Positions 1 to 8,585 of a stretch of DNA of 64,000 bases are shown here, one piece after another. The stretch comes from an uncultured delta proteobacterium (GTDB lineage: Bacteria; Desulfobacterota; Binatia; UBA9968). The stretch covers positions 96,001-160,000 of the forward strand of contig CAVUVW010000026.1 in NCBI GenBank assembly GCA_963745035.1, read 5' to 3'. Positions within the stretch are counted from its first letter, which is position 1, and each line of letters opens with the position of its first letter. The notes under the pieces were generated by a model, which worked only from the letters and a program-made list of their open reading frames with translations, made no database searches and had not been told where the DNA came from. The position numbers were made by a program, and so were the translations under genes.

Positions 1-500
1 CCGACGAGTCATTCGACCGATCCATGGCATTACTCATCGTCAACTTTATCCCCGATGCTCCAAAGGCGGCGAAAGAGATGCGCAGAGTGACGCGGTCAGG
101 AGGTATAGTTGCAACGACGATGTGGGACCGCCGTGCTAACGAACTCAATGCCTGCTTGTGGAAGGCCGCCGTTGCGATCGATCCGACTGTGAAACGGCCT
201 ACTGAGACGGGACGGTCGTACGGTTCTGCGGAAGCGCTTTCAGATCTCTGGAAAAGCGCCAGTCTTACAGACATCGAAGTTACAGACTTGATGATGCCGT
301 GCTAGTTCTCTTCGTTTGATGAGCTGTGGCAACGTAGTCTGACTGGCGAGAGCGCTGGGAGCGCTTACGTGCTCAGTCTGACAGAGGATCGCCGCCAGGC
401 GTTAAGACAACAGTTGCGGCAAGATGTTCTGCACGGCAATGCCGATGGGCCGTTTACACTTCAAGCGAAAGCGTGGGCGGTGCGTGGTCTCGTGCCTTGA
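1..500 (+). pseudogene. Class I SAM-dependent methyltransferase, C-terminal part (runs off window), in-frame TAG at 303-305
   Basis: Frame reads DESFDRSMALLIVNFIPD..KEMRRVTRSGG (motifs II/III); past the TAG it continues FSSFDELW...AKAWAVRGLVP* to TGA 498-500. Confidence 0.75.
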
Positions 501-553
501 ATCGAATTGCGTAATACCCGGGGAAGAAGTTGAGAGCTGTTATTGACAGATTT

Positions 554-608
554 GCCTAACCTCCGGCTTGAGAAAGGCGCTTCGCGCTTCTCAGCCTTCA
601 CGTTAACG
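554..608 (+). mobile_element. Integron attC site (59-be type)
   Basis: R'' GCCTAAC, 5-nt spacer, L'' GCTTGAGA, central GCG-CTTCG-CGC hairpin, L' TCTCAGC (complement of L'' minus one extrahelical T), 6-nt spacer, R' GTTAACG; lies just 3' of the methyltransferase stop. Confidence 0.75.
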
Positions 609-753
609 CTAGGATTGAACTGAATTCTCCATCAACGCAATCTGGCGTGAGATCACATTGAAGCGACGAAATTTGGGTTCCCCTTTGACGAATACTGTCA
701 AAGGCATGGGCCGCGGGGACGCTGATATTCAGTCAGCGGAATATTTCCATTCG

Positions 754-805
754 ATGTAGCGTGCGAAGCGAGGCGGTTTTAGCGGCGCCTCTCACCTAAT
801 TAGGA
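754..805 (-). mobile_element. Possible degenerate attC
   Basis: Minus strand TCCTAAT..GTGAGAGGCGCCGCTAAAAACCGCCTCGCTTCGCAC-GCTACAT downstream of the second methyltransferase; both core sites are mutated. Confidence 0.3.
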
Positions 806-853
806 TGATCACACCTATCGCCATTTTCCGTAAAAGCAGTCCGGAGAAAATTT

Positions 854-1332
854 TTATCCTGCCGGTACTACTCCGCGCACTGCCCAAGCCTTTGCACGAA
901 GTTTAATCGACCCATCAGGGCGATTACCAAGACTGTCTGTGCGTAGTCGCTCCTTCAATACCTGTCGGCGATCGTCGGAGAGACTACTGATATAAGGTTT
1001 AGGCGGTCCCTGGGTATTTGACAAGAGACTCCAGAAATCGTCAAGGGAAGTTTCTGAGCATCTCCGATTTCAAAAGCAACATGCGGATGTGAATTCTGCG
1101 CACGAGCATATTCTAAGTAGCCAACTGAAGGGTCAATGCCGACAACAGTTGAGGCTTTTGTTGTATCAGCGATAGTGAATGTCAGTGAACCCGTACCACA
1201 GCCTACGTCTAATACCCGATCCCCTTCTTTAATACCGTCTATAAATTTGATGAAGAGAGGAGCAAGGGTTTTACTCCTGCTTGCCATTCCGGCCTGATAC
1301 TTATCAGCATCCGTGTGCAGGTTGGGTTCCAT
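854..1332 (-). pseudogene. SAM-dependent methyltransferase paralog with internal deletion and frameshift at ~1043
   Basis: N-part has VLDVGCGTG motif I and ends GDAQKLP; another frame continues DDFWSLL...AKAWAVRGVVPAG*, matching the C-terminus of the 1-500 gene; GTTAGAC (1367-1373) and GGAGG lie upstream. Confidence 0.75.
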
Positions 1333-1563
1333 AGTCGCCTCCGTAACCGTGTTGACCGGGACTGACGTCTAACTACCAACATACTGATAGCTTTTGCGGA
1401 TATTAATATCGCCAAAGGCCGCCGGCAAGGTAAAGGCCGATTCTAAGCTGTGCCTGTTCTGTGCCAGAACCAGAGCAGAACATCATATCCCATTGCCTAA
1501 CGCCCTGGAGACGAGCGTTAGAATTATTGGCTTTTCTTGTTGATGCTCTGGTCTGCGCTTGAA

Positions 1564-1582
1564 TTGACTCTTAATCAGCGGG
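1564..1582 (+). other. tRNA-Lys(CTT) anticodon-arm fragment (att-site relic)
   Basis: TTGACTCTTAATCAGCGGG matches the Lys anticodon stem-loop; no D or acceptor arm; TGTGCC arm-type repeats at 1449-1465. Confidence 0.5.
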
Positions 1583-2188
1583 CATAGGGTCTTCTGTGAT
1601 GCTAGGATTGAACTTGAGTAGAAGTTACGCACCCGGAACGACTTAATCACCCTTCCAACCTGTCAAAGAACAGAGACAACCACGCTCAATCATTTCGATC
1701 CTTGCACTTCAGCTGACAGAAATAATCCGGTCTCGCACTTGCTCTCCCCCGATCCGCTCTCAGGACAAAAGCTGTTGGAAAGCAACTACGGGTGAAATGA
1801 GCAAACAGCCAGAGTGGCCTCTCTTTGCAGTGCCATGCTTGCTATGCGGACACACAAGTTGTCGTGACTGTCGTACGGTGTCGCCTTCTACACTCGCCTG
1901 CTGTCGATGTGGAGAGAATGCAACGAAATGTATTGAAAAGTTTGTAGAGCTTCAAAAACCGAAGGCGAATGCATAAGTGCCAATTTTGGCCACTGCTCAA
2001 GGTTGTACCGATTAATCCACGCGTAGTGCGCCAGCTGCGCTGCGCTCGTTGTTTTCTGATCGGCGATGTCTTCCTCAGTCATCATTTGCAACCAATTGGT
2101 CGGTCACTATTGACTGGCCTACAATCTGCTCAACGCTGTGTGCCGGCCGGCACAAACATACTGATGACCTTGAATAGGAGGAAAACGA

Positions 2189-2635
2189 GTGAACAAGAAA
2201 CTCTCAAAGGTAAGCGTAATGGCTGCAGTGGTTTTATTCGCTGCTTCAACATCTGTAAATGCACACCATCTATTAGCCCCGACGACTGTACTTTGTCCGA
2301 TCGTCAACAACGTCATTCAAGTGAATTGGGATGACTTAGCCGAGGCTACGAAATACTCAGTAAATGTCGTAGTGAGTTACGATACCGGCATTCCCGGAGA
2401 TACGACGGACGACACCAGCAAGGATTGGGATTTCGGCACCGGAGACCGGATGGATGGGTTTCCAATTTCTCAGTCCGACTTGATGATTCCACTGAACGCT
2501 TTGATTCACGATTTCGGAACAGGACCGTTGTCTCCTCTTGCAGTTCAGCTCCGTGTTAAAGGTCTCCACGCTGGGAAGAATCAAGAACGGCAAAATAACC
2601 TATTTTCGGATTTTTGTTTTCCCGCAGCTGTGTAA
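2189..2635 (+). CDS. Secreted hypothetical protein
   Basis: AGGAGG RBS, signal peptide ending VNA, two Cys, beta-rich mature part, followed by a hairpin. Confidence 0.75.
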   Translation: MNKKLSKVSVMAAVVLFAASTSVNAHHLLAPTTVLCPIVNNVIQVNWDDLAEATKYSVNVVVSYDTGIPGDTTDDTSKDWDFGTGDRMDGFPISQSDLMIPLNALIHDFGTGPLSPLAVQLRVKGLHAGKNQERQNNLFSDFCFPAAV

Positions 2636-2654
2636 CCGACATCATAAATAAATC

Positions 2655-2692
2655 CACACCGAGGCACTCTCAACGAAGGGTGCCTCGGTGTG
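2655..2692. terminator. Strong hairpin after the secreted-protein gene
   Basis: CACACCGAGGCAC...GTGCCTCGGTGTG inverted repeat. Confidence 0.6.
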
Positions 2693-2926
2693 ACCGTTAT
2701 GTGAAGAGTTCCGCGTAAGGTGGCTTCAACTGTGGTCAGCCGGTTGCCCTGTAGACTGCTCTCGGCTCAAAACGGAAATGGACGGAAATTCATTTCCGTC
2801 TTGGGGATGAATCGGGCTGAAATCGGGAATTATCGGGCAATATCCCAAGATCAGCCGGAAACAAAAAAGCCGCGCATATCCATAGACATGCATGGCTTTA
2901 TTCACTTTTTTCTTTCTTGTGTTTTA

Positions 2927-2964
2927 CACGGCGAGTTTGGGTTCAAATCCCGTCGGGGACGCCA
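2927..2964 (+). other. tRNA-Glu 3' fragment (att core relic)
   Basis: CACGGCG..GGGTTCAAATCCCGTCGGGGACGCCA = T-arm, acceptor 3' strand and CCA; 5' half absent; ATCGGG repeats at 2810-2838. Confidence 0.65.
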
Positions 2965-2978
2965 CTCTATTCCAAGAC

Positions 2979-3190
2979 TTAGGAAATTGACCGGAAAAGG
3001 TTCCGGTTTTCTGCGCAACGTAAAGCGCGTAACAGCGCGTCGCGATCATCGCGAATATACTTCCTGTAGTGCTCTTGAATCATGACGATGCTTGTTCCGG
3101 TCTGCTCCGCGATCCACTTTTGATTACTGCCCAAAGTCAACGCGGTGCCGATGTACCGAATGGCGCAGGTCGTAAAACGGGCGTTGGCGG
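2979..3190 (-). pseudogene. Tyrosine recombinase/integrase C-terminal relic
   Basis: RPFYDLRHS, then a frameshift, then YIGTALTLGSNQKWIAEQTGTSIVMIQEHYRKYI: box II and catalytic Tyr region; adjacent to the tRNA fragment. Confidence 0.7.
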
Positions 3191-3202
3191 TATTAATGAT
3201 TG

Positions 3203-3370
3203 TTAGGGCTTTTTGAGTTTTTGCTGCTCTTGGATTTGTGCTCGGATTCGACGCGAGCGGGCGACCGCTGCCTTGGTTTGTTCCACAGCAGTCTTGGACT
3301 CGTCGCGCAGAACACGGGACTCCTCACACAATTTTCTACTGTAGTCTACGGTTACGTCAGATCGGGCCAT
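3203..3370 (-). CDS. 55-aa helical hypothetical protein (not in ORF track)
   Basis: MARSDVTVDYSRKLCEESRVLRDESKTAVEQTKAAVARSRRIRAQIQEQQKLKKP; AAAGGAG RBS within the repeated leader. Confidence 0.55.
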   Translation of the reverse strand: MARSDVTVDYSRKLCEESRVLRDESKTAVEQTKAAVARSRRIRAQIQEQQKLKKP

Positions 3371-3375
3371 GCGCA

Positions 3376-3440
3376 GGACTCCTTTCCCCTGGTGAGGGTT
3401 CGGGCTTCCGGTCCTGTGGCCCCGGTGGATAAGCTCAAAC
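3376..3440 (-). repeat. ~65-bp conserved leader, copy 1
   Basis: GGACTCCTT..GTTCGGGCTT.CGGTCCTG.GG.CC.GGTGGATAAGCTCAAAC, also present at 4206-4271. Confidence 0.8.
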
Positions 3441-3467
3441 GATTATTAGTTTCTAGCTGGGTAGATT

Positions 3468-3778
3468 TTACAGCATATGCGACAAATTTAAGTCTCCGAT
3501 CTCTTTGATGGACCGACCGACGTTTGCCTGCAAGATCGTATAAATTTGGTGGCAGAATTGGCGATCATCCAAGTGGATCGAGCCCATATATCGAAAGCTT
3601 GATACTGGATGAACATAAAAATTTTGTTATCGAACAGTGCGTGCATCATCGCGCGTTCGAGAGTCCCGATTTCCCCGGTCGGTCTGTCGTTAGCGTCCAG
3701 GCGTGTCGTTGTCCAGGTTGGCGGCCAACTTGGAATGCCGCTCTTGCGGGTCATTAGCGGGTGATCACGAAACCGCAT
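3468..3778 (-). CDS. Hypothetical protein (HPLM-WPP family), frameshift near 3597
   Basis: MRFRDHPLM..WPPTW..GEIGTL; after correcting one base it ends DDRQFCHQIYTILQ..IKEIGDLNLSHML, colinear with 3894-4202. Confidence 0.7.
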
Positions 3779-3893
3779 GCCCGCAATTAGACAGGACTCA
3801 CTGGGAAGAGTCAACGAAATAGTACAATGTCAGAAAGGCGACAATTAAGTTCAAGGCGCCGCGCGGTTCACTTCACCGATGGCGACAGTTACG

Positions 3894-4202
3894 CTAAAGC
3901 GTATAGGAGATGTCCAAAGAGCCGATGTCTTCAATCGCGAGGTTCACATGATGTTGCAGCACAAAGAAGAGATGGCGACAAAAGGCCGCATCATCGATGA
4001 GAATCGTACCCAAGTAGTTCCGGCCTTCGTATTCGGTGTACAAATGGCAGGTATAGCCTTCCATTGACGAGTAGGAAACCCGCCTTAGTGTCCCTAGTTC
4101 ACCCGTCAGGATTTTATTTCTAGGCTCTTCTGTCGGACTCCATCTTGGAGGCCAGGTCGGCATGTCGTAATATCGCATTAGCGGGTGATTTCGGAGTTCC
4201 AT
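3894..4202 (-). CDS. Hypothetical protein (HPLM-WPP family)
   Basis: MELRNHPLM..WPPRW..GELGTL..DDAAFC..IEDIGSLDIS; paralog of its neighbour; AGGAG RBS. Confidence 0.8.
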   Translation of the reverse strand: MELRNHPLMRYYDMPTWPPRWSPTEEPRNKILTGELGTLRRVSYSSMEGYTCHLYTEYEGRNYLGTILIDDAAFCRHLFFVLQHHVNLAIEDIGSLDISYTL

Positions 4203-4205
4203 TCC

Positions 4206-4271
4206 GGACTCCTTCCCACGGCGTTAGCGTTCGGGCTTTCGGTCCTGCGGGCCGGGTGGATAAGCTCAAAC
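4206..4271 (-). repeat. ~65-bp conserved leader, copy 2
   Basis: Near-identical to 3376-3440; directly upstream of ATG 4202. Confidence 0.8.
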
Positions 4272-4467
4272 TGTTATCCAGATAGCCCAGAGTAGGCTCA
4301 TCGCGGAGGCACGTTCAAGGGGTTTCAAGAAGCGGATGGATAATTTTGACTTTATTCGCTCTGTGCGGACTTGCGCCCCGATGAGCCGACTGGTTTTAAT
4401 GGCAAACGTCGAGGCCTTTTTAGTGACCGCGAACATTCTTGCAAGAATTTTTCACAACACTGCCGCG

Positions 4468-5301
4468 TCATCGCTGCTTGGGATCGAGCAGATCGCGCAA
4501 TCCGTTGCCCAGTATATTGAACGCAAGGATCGTGACGAAGATCGCCGCGGCGGGAAAGGCGATGACGTGCGGATAGCTGCGCATCGCGCGGTAGCCGTCT
4601 TGCGCCAAGGTGCCCCAGCTCGTGCCCCACGCGCTGTACGGATCGTTGATGCCGAGGCCGATGAAGCTCAAGGTCGATTCGGCGAGGATCGCGGACGGAA
4701 TGCTGAACGTGAGGGTGACGATGATTGGACCGATGATGTTGGGCAGAATGTGCCGCAGCAAGATCCTGCTTCGCGGCGAGCCGAGAGCGGCGGCGCTTTC
4801 CACGAACAGCAGCTCTTTGGCTTGCAGCACCTGGCCGCGCGCAATGCGCGCGAAACGCACCCAGGTCACGAGACCGAGGGCGATGAGAAGGCCGCCGACG
4901 TTCCTTCCTAGCACAAGCGACAGCAAGATAAAGATCAATAGATCAGGCAGGCCGTAGAAGACGTCCACGGTGCGCATCATGAAGTGATCCCAGCGGCCGC
5001 CTTTAAAGCCGGCAATCATTCCGTAGCCCGTGCCGATCACCAGCGCGATCAAGGCCGTTCCGACACCGACCGTGATCGAGACACGCGCGCCGTACAGCAC
5101 TCGCGTCAAAAGGTCCCGGCCGAGGCCGTCCGTGCCCATCCAGTGCGCCGTGCTCGGTGGCTCCAAGAGGCGCTTCGCTTCCAGGCCGCCGGCGGCGTAC
5201 GGGGCGATCCAGGGAGCGAGAAATCCCAGCGCGATCACTACCGAGACGACGACGCCGCTGGTGACAAGCCAAGGATTGGTTGCCGTCGCGGCGCGGTTCA
5301 A
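4468..5301 (-). CDS. oppC: Peptide ABC transporter permease OppC/DppC
   Basis: HWMGTDGLGRDL, EAA-type loop, LSFIGLG, ends LRDLLDP; start taken as TTG 5301. Confidence 0.9.
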   Translation of the reverse strand: MNRAATATNPWLVTSGVVVSVVIALGFLAPWIAPYAAGGLEAKRLLEPPSTAHWMGTDGLGRDLLTRVLYGARVSITVGVGTALIALVIGTGYGMIAGFKGGRWDHFMMRTVDVFYGLPDLLIFILLSLVLGRNVGGLLIALGLVTWVRFARIARGQVLQAKELLFVESAAALGSPRSRILLRHILPNIIGPIIVTLTFSIPSAILAESTLSFIGLGINDPYSAWGTSWGTLAQDGYRAMRSYPHVIAFPAAAIFVTILAFNILGNGLRDLLDPKQR

Positions 5302-5317
5302 ATCATCCTCATGTGGA

Positions 5318-6232
5318 TCACGCCCGGATGCGCGGATCGACGTAGCCGTATAAAATATCCACGAGAAAATTCGCGAGAACCAACAACGCCGCATACACCA
5401 AGGTCACGCCCATGATCAACGTATAATCGCGATCGGTAACCGCGGTGATAAAAAATCGCCCCATGCCGGGAATCGCGAACACATACTCGACCACGAAAGA
5501 ACCGGTGAGGAGAGCGGCGGCGAGCGGGCCCATGACCGTCAATACCGGGATCAGTGAGTGCGCGAGCGCATGCTTTACAACGACCACGGATTCCCTCAGG
5601 CCTTTGGCGCGGGCGGTGCGAACGAAATCCTCACCCAAGCTTTCGATGAGAGTCGAGCGCAGCAGAGCGGAAAGATAGGCGGCGGGAGCGGCGCCGAGGG
5701 TGATCGTCGGCAGGATCACGCTGCGCCAGTCGTCCCACCGTCCCGCTTGCAGCCAGCCGAACTCCAGCGCCACGAGCCAGATCAGCAGCGCGCCGAGGAT
5801 GAAGTTCGGCAAGGAGATGCCGAGGGTCGTCAGCAAAAGACCCCAACGGTCGATGAACGAGCCGTGGTAATACGCGGTCAACAAGCCCATCGGAAAGGCC
5901 GTAAAGAGCGTGAATAGCAGCGCAAGCGCGCCGAGCAGCGCGGAAGTCGGCAAGGTTTCCCGGATAATCTGACTCACGCTTCGGTCGAGATATTTGTACG
6001 ACGGGCCGAGATCGCCGCGCGCGATACCGCCGAGATAGCGGGCGTACTGCATGAGAATGGGCTCGTTGAGATGATACTTGGCCTCGAGATTGGCGAGCAC
6101 TTCGGGCGGCAGCTTGCGCTCGCTATCGAACGGGCCGCCGGGGGCGAGGCGAAGAAGCAAAAACGTAAATGTGGCGACGGTCCAGAGAACGATCAGACCA
6201 TGGACTGTGCGCTTCAGCAGGATCGCGATCAT
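5318..6232 (-). CDS. oppB: Peptide ABC transporter permease OppB
   Basis: APGGPF, GDLGPS, RTARAKGL, ends DPRIR. Confidence 0.92.
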   Translation of the reverse strand: MIAILLKRTVHGLIVLWTVATFTFLLLRLAPGGPFDSERKLPPEVLANLEAKYHLNEPILMQYARYLGGIARGDLGPSYKYLDRSVSQIIRETLPTSALLGALALLFTLFTAFPMGLLTAYYHGSFIDRWGLLLTTLGISLPNFILGALLIWLVALEFGWLQAGRWDDWRSVILPTITLGAAPAAYLSALLRSTLIESLGEDFVRTARAKGLRESVVVVKHALAHSLIPVLTVMGPLAAALLTGSFVVEYVFAIPGMGRFFITAVTDRDYTLIMGVTLVYAALLVLANFLVDILYGYVDPRIRA

Positions 6233-6380
6233 TGAGCTGTTGGAACTGTAGCGCTTCGCTCAGGTGTTGTCATTCTCGCTGGCCCGAGTGTTTCAGAACT
6301 CACCACGAAGTGATTCATGATCTTCGCTCATTCACAGATGCTGAAAACAGGGAGTTCCCACGGCACGATTTTCCCGCCAT

Positions 6381-6458
6381 CGTCATTCCCGCGCAGGCGG
6401 GGAATCCAGGTTTGTTCTCGCCAAATTAGCCTGGATACCGGCCTTCGCCGGTATGACG
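6381..6458. repeat. GTCATTCCCGC-type palindromic REP/MITE
   Basis: CGTCATTCCCGCGCAGGCGGGGAATCCAGG...CCTGGATACCGGCCTTCGCCGGTATGACG; related element at 18249-18326. Confidence 0.75.
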
Positions 6459-6590
6459 GAATCAAACCGCGCTGCCCTAGGGGTTAGCATCCCGTCACGT
6501 ATTTTCGAAGAGAACGAAGCTGGTACTGTGCCGCGCCCACCACCCGGTCCTCAGTCGAAGACCGGGGCGTGGCTGTCATGCACGGCTCCA

Positions 6591-7940
6591 TCAATACTCT
6601 TCAAGCTTCTTTTCCAACCAGCGGGTGTTGACGGCGCCGGCGCGGTACTCGGGATCGGCGATAACGGCCTTCAGAAAAGGAATTAAAGTGTCGATGCCGG
6701 TCACGTGAAAATTGTCGAGCGCGCGCGCCGCCGCATCCGCCGCGGTTTCTCGCGTGGCGGCGTGCACGATCAACTTAGCGAGCAGAGAATCGTAATAAGG
6801 CGGCACGAAGTAGCCGGGATAACAGTGGGTATCGAGCCGGATGCCGGTACCCTGGGGTGCTTGCCATTCGATGATTCGCCCCGGACAGGGACGAAAACCG
6901 TGCTGTGGCGATTCCGCGGTGATGCGGCATTCAATGGCATGGCCGGAGAACGTGATGTGCGATTGCTTGAACGGCAGCGCCTCGCCGCGCGCAACGTGGA
7001 GCTGCTGCTGCACCAGATCGACGCCCGTGATCATTTCGGTGACCGGGTGCTCAACCTGGATGCGCGTGTTCATCTCGAGAAAATAAAAATCCGCCGAGTC
7101 GTTGTCATAGATGAACTCGATGGTCCCGGCGCTTTGGTAGCCGATGCTCCGCGCCAACGTCGCCGCGGCGTTGCAGATCTTGGCGCGAATGTCCTGGGGT
7201 ACGGCGTACGCGGGCGCCTCTTCGACGATCTTTTGATGGCGGCGCTGCAACGAGCAGTCGCGCTCGCCGAGGTGAATTACATTGCCGTGCCGGTCGCCGA
7301 GAATCTGTACCTCGATATGCCGCGCGTTGCCGACATAGCGTTCCATGTAGAGCGTGTCGTTGCCGAATGCGGACCGCGCCTCGGCGGCGGCCGTGCGGAA
7401 CGTGTCTTCGATCTCGCCGCGATGGTTCACAAGCTTGATACCCCGGCCGCCCCCGCCCGCCGATGCTTTCAGCAGGAGCGGGTAGCCGATCTGCTCGGCG
7501 AGGCGCGCCGCTTCCTGCGGATTTTTTGCTTGATCCGATCCCGGCACCAGCGGCACTCCCGCGCTGCGCGCGATCTTGCGCGCCTCGAGCTTGTCGCCCA
7601 TCATGGTGATGTTTTCGGCGCTCGGCCCGACAAACGTAATTTTGTTGTCCGCGCACGCTTGGGCAAGAGCGGCGCGCTCGGAAAGGAAGCCGTAGCCGGG
7701 ATGGAGCGCGTCACAGCCCGTGCCATGGGCCGCAGCGATGAGGTTTTCGACCTTGAGATAGCTGTCGGTGGAGCGCGGCGGGCCGATGCAAACGGAACGG
7801 TCGGCCATCTGCGCCGCCATGCTCTCGCGATCGGCGTCGGAGACCGCCGCGACCGTCTCGATCCCCAAACTCTGGCACGCCCGAATAATTCGCACGGCGA
7901 TCTCGCCGCGGTTGGCGACCAGGACTCGTGTGACGCTCAT
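6591..7940 (-). CDS. accC: Biotin carboxylase
   Basis: VLVANRGEIAVR, HPGYGFLSE, KASAGGGGRG, RDCSLQRRHQK, EMNTRIQVEH. Confidence 0.93.
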   Translation of the reverse strand: MSVTRVLVANRGEIAVRIIRACQSLGIETVAAVSDADRESMAAQMADRSVCIGPPRSTDSYLKVENLIAAAHGTGCDALHPGYGFLSERAALAQACADNKITFVGPSAENITMMGDKLEARKIARSAGVPLVPGSDQAKNPQEAARLAEQIGYPLLLKASAGGGGRGIKLVNHRGEIEDTFRTAAAEARSAFGNDTLYMERYVGNARHIEVQILGDRHGNVIHLGERDCSLQRRHQKIVEEAPAYAVPQDIRAKICNAAATLARSIGYQSAGTIEFIYDNDSADFYFLEMNTRIQVEHPVTEMITGVDLVQQQLHVARGEALPFKQSHITFSGHAIECRITAESPQHGFRPCPGRIIEWQAPQGTGIRLDTHCYPGYFVPPYYDSLLAKLIVHAATRETAADAAARALDNFHVTGIDTLIPFLKAVIADPEYRAGAVNTRWLEKKLEEY

Positions 7941-7957
7941 GGGAACTCCTGAAAAGA

Positions 7958-7985
7958 GTAGGGGCGGATTTAAATCCGCCCCTAC
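7958..7985. repeat. GTAG-family REP palindrome
   Basis: GTAGGGGCGGATTTAAATCCGCCCCTAC, perfect palindrome between accB and accC. Confidence 0.7.
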
Positions 7986-8025
7986 GAAAATCCATCGATA
8001 AAATTTCCAGAGATCGCAGACCGCG

Positions 8026-8511
8026 TTACGGCTTGACGATAAACAGTGGCTGGCCGAACTCGACAAACTGACCGTTTTGCGCCACCACTTCGACGATCGT
8101 GCCTTTGACGGTGGCGCGCACGCTGTTGAAGACTTTCATCACCTCGATCAAACCGACGGTCGTGTCTTCGGTGATCTGCTGGCCGACTTTGACGAAGGGC
8201 GGTGCGCCCGGTTCCGGGGCGACATAAAAAGTTCCGAGAAGCGGCGCGGTGATCGGCAGCATGCCTTCCGGAATTACGGCAGGTTTGGCTGCTGGCGCCG
8301 CCGGCGCAGCGGCCGGCTTTGCGGCTACGGCGGGAGCTGGAGTTGGCGCGGCGTTGACGGCGGCCGGCTGCGGAGCTGCGCCCGCCAGCGGAATAGGATC
8401 GCCCTTGCTGACGGTGATCTTTAATTCGCCGACTTCGAGCTGAAAGTAGTCGAATTTCGATTCGTCGATCAATTTCAAGATGTGCAGGACATCATCTTCG
8501 CTGAGTTCCAT
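8026..8511 (-). CDS. accB: Biotin carboxyl carrier protein
   Basis: Ala/Pro-rich linker, IEVMKVFN biotinylation motif. Confidence 0.92.
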   Translation of the reverse strand: MELSEDDVLHILKLIDESKFDYFQLEVGELKITVSKGDPIPLAGAAPQPAAVNAAPTPAPAVAAKPAAAPAAPAAKPAVIPEGMLPITAPLLGTFYVAPEPGAPPFVKVGQQITEDTTVGLIEVMKVFNSVRATVKGTIVEVVAQNGQFVEFGQPLFIVKP

Positions 8512-8585
8512 TAGCCTCGCCTTCCTCGGAGTTGATTGGTTTTATTTCTTATGTGATTTCCGCGCGCTTGGCAAATTCCGGCGGT

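Noticed and set aside
1-1332. An inversion splitting one methyltransferase gene (minus-strand half ends at LP, window starts at the matching xDESFD)
   Set aside because: The minus-strand gene has its own C-terminus at 1042-854 in another frame, so these are two paralogs, one with an internal deletion
1494-1523. Additional attC (GCCTAAC...GTTAGAA)
   Set aside because: About 30 bp with no L boxes; too short
2890-2964. Functional tRNA-Glu gene
   Set aside because: No 5' acceptor strand or D arm; the anticodon loop is disrupted
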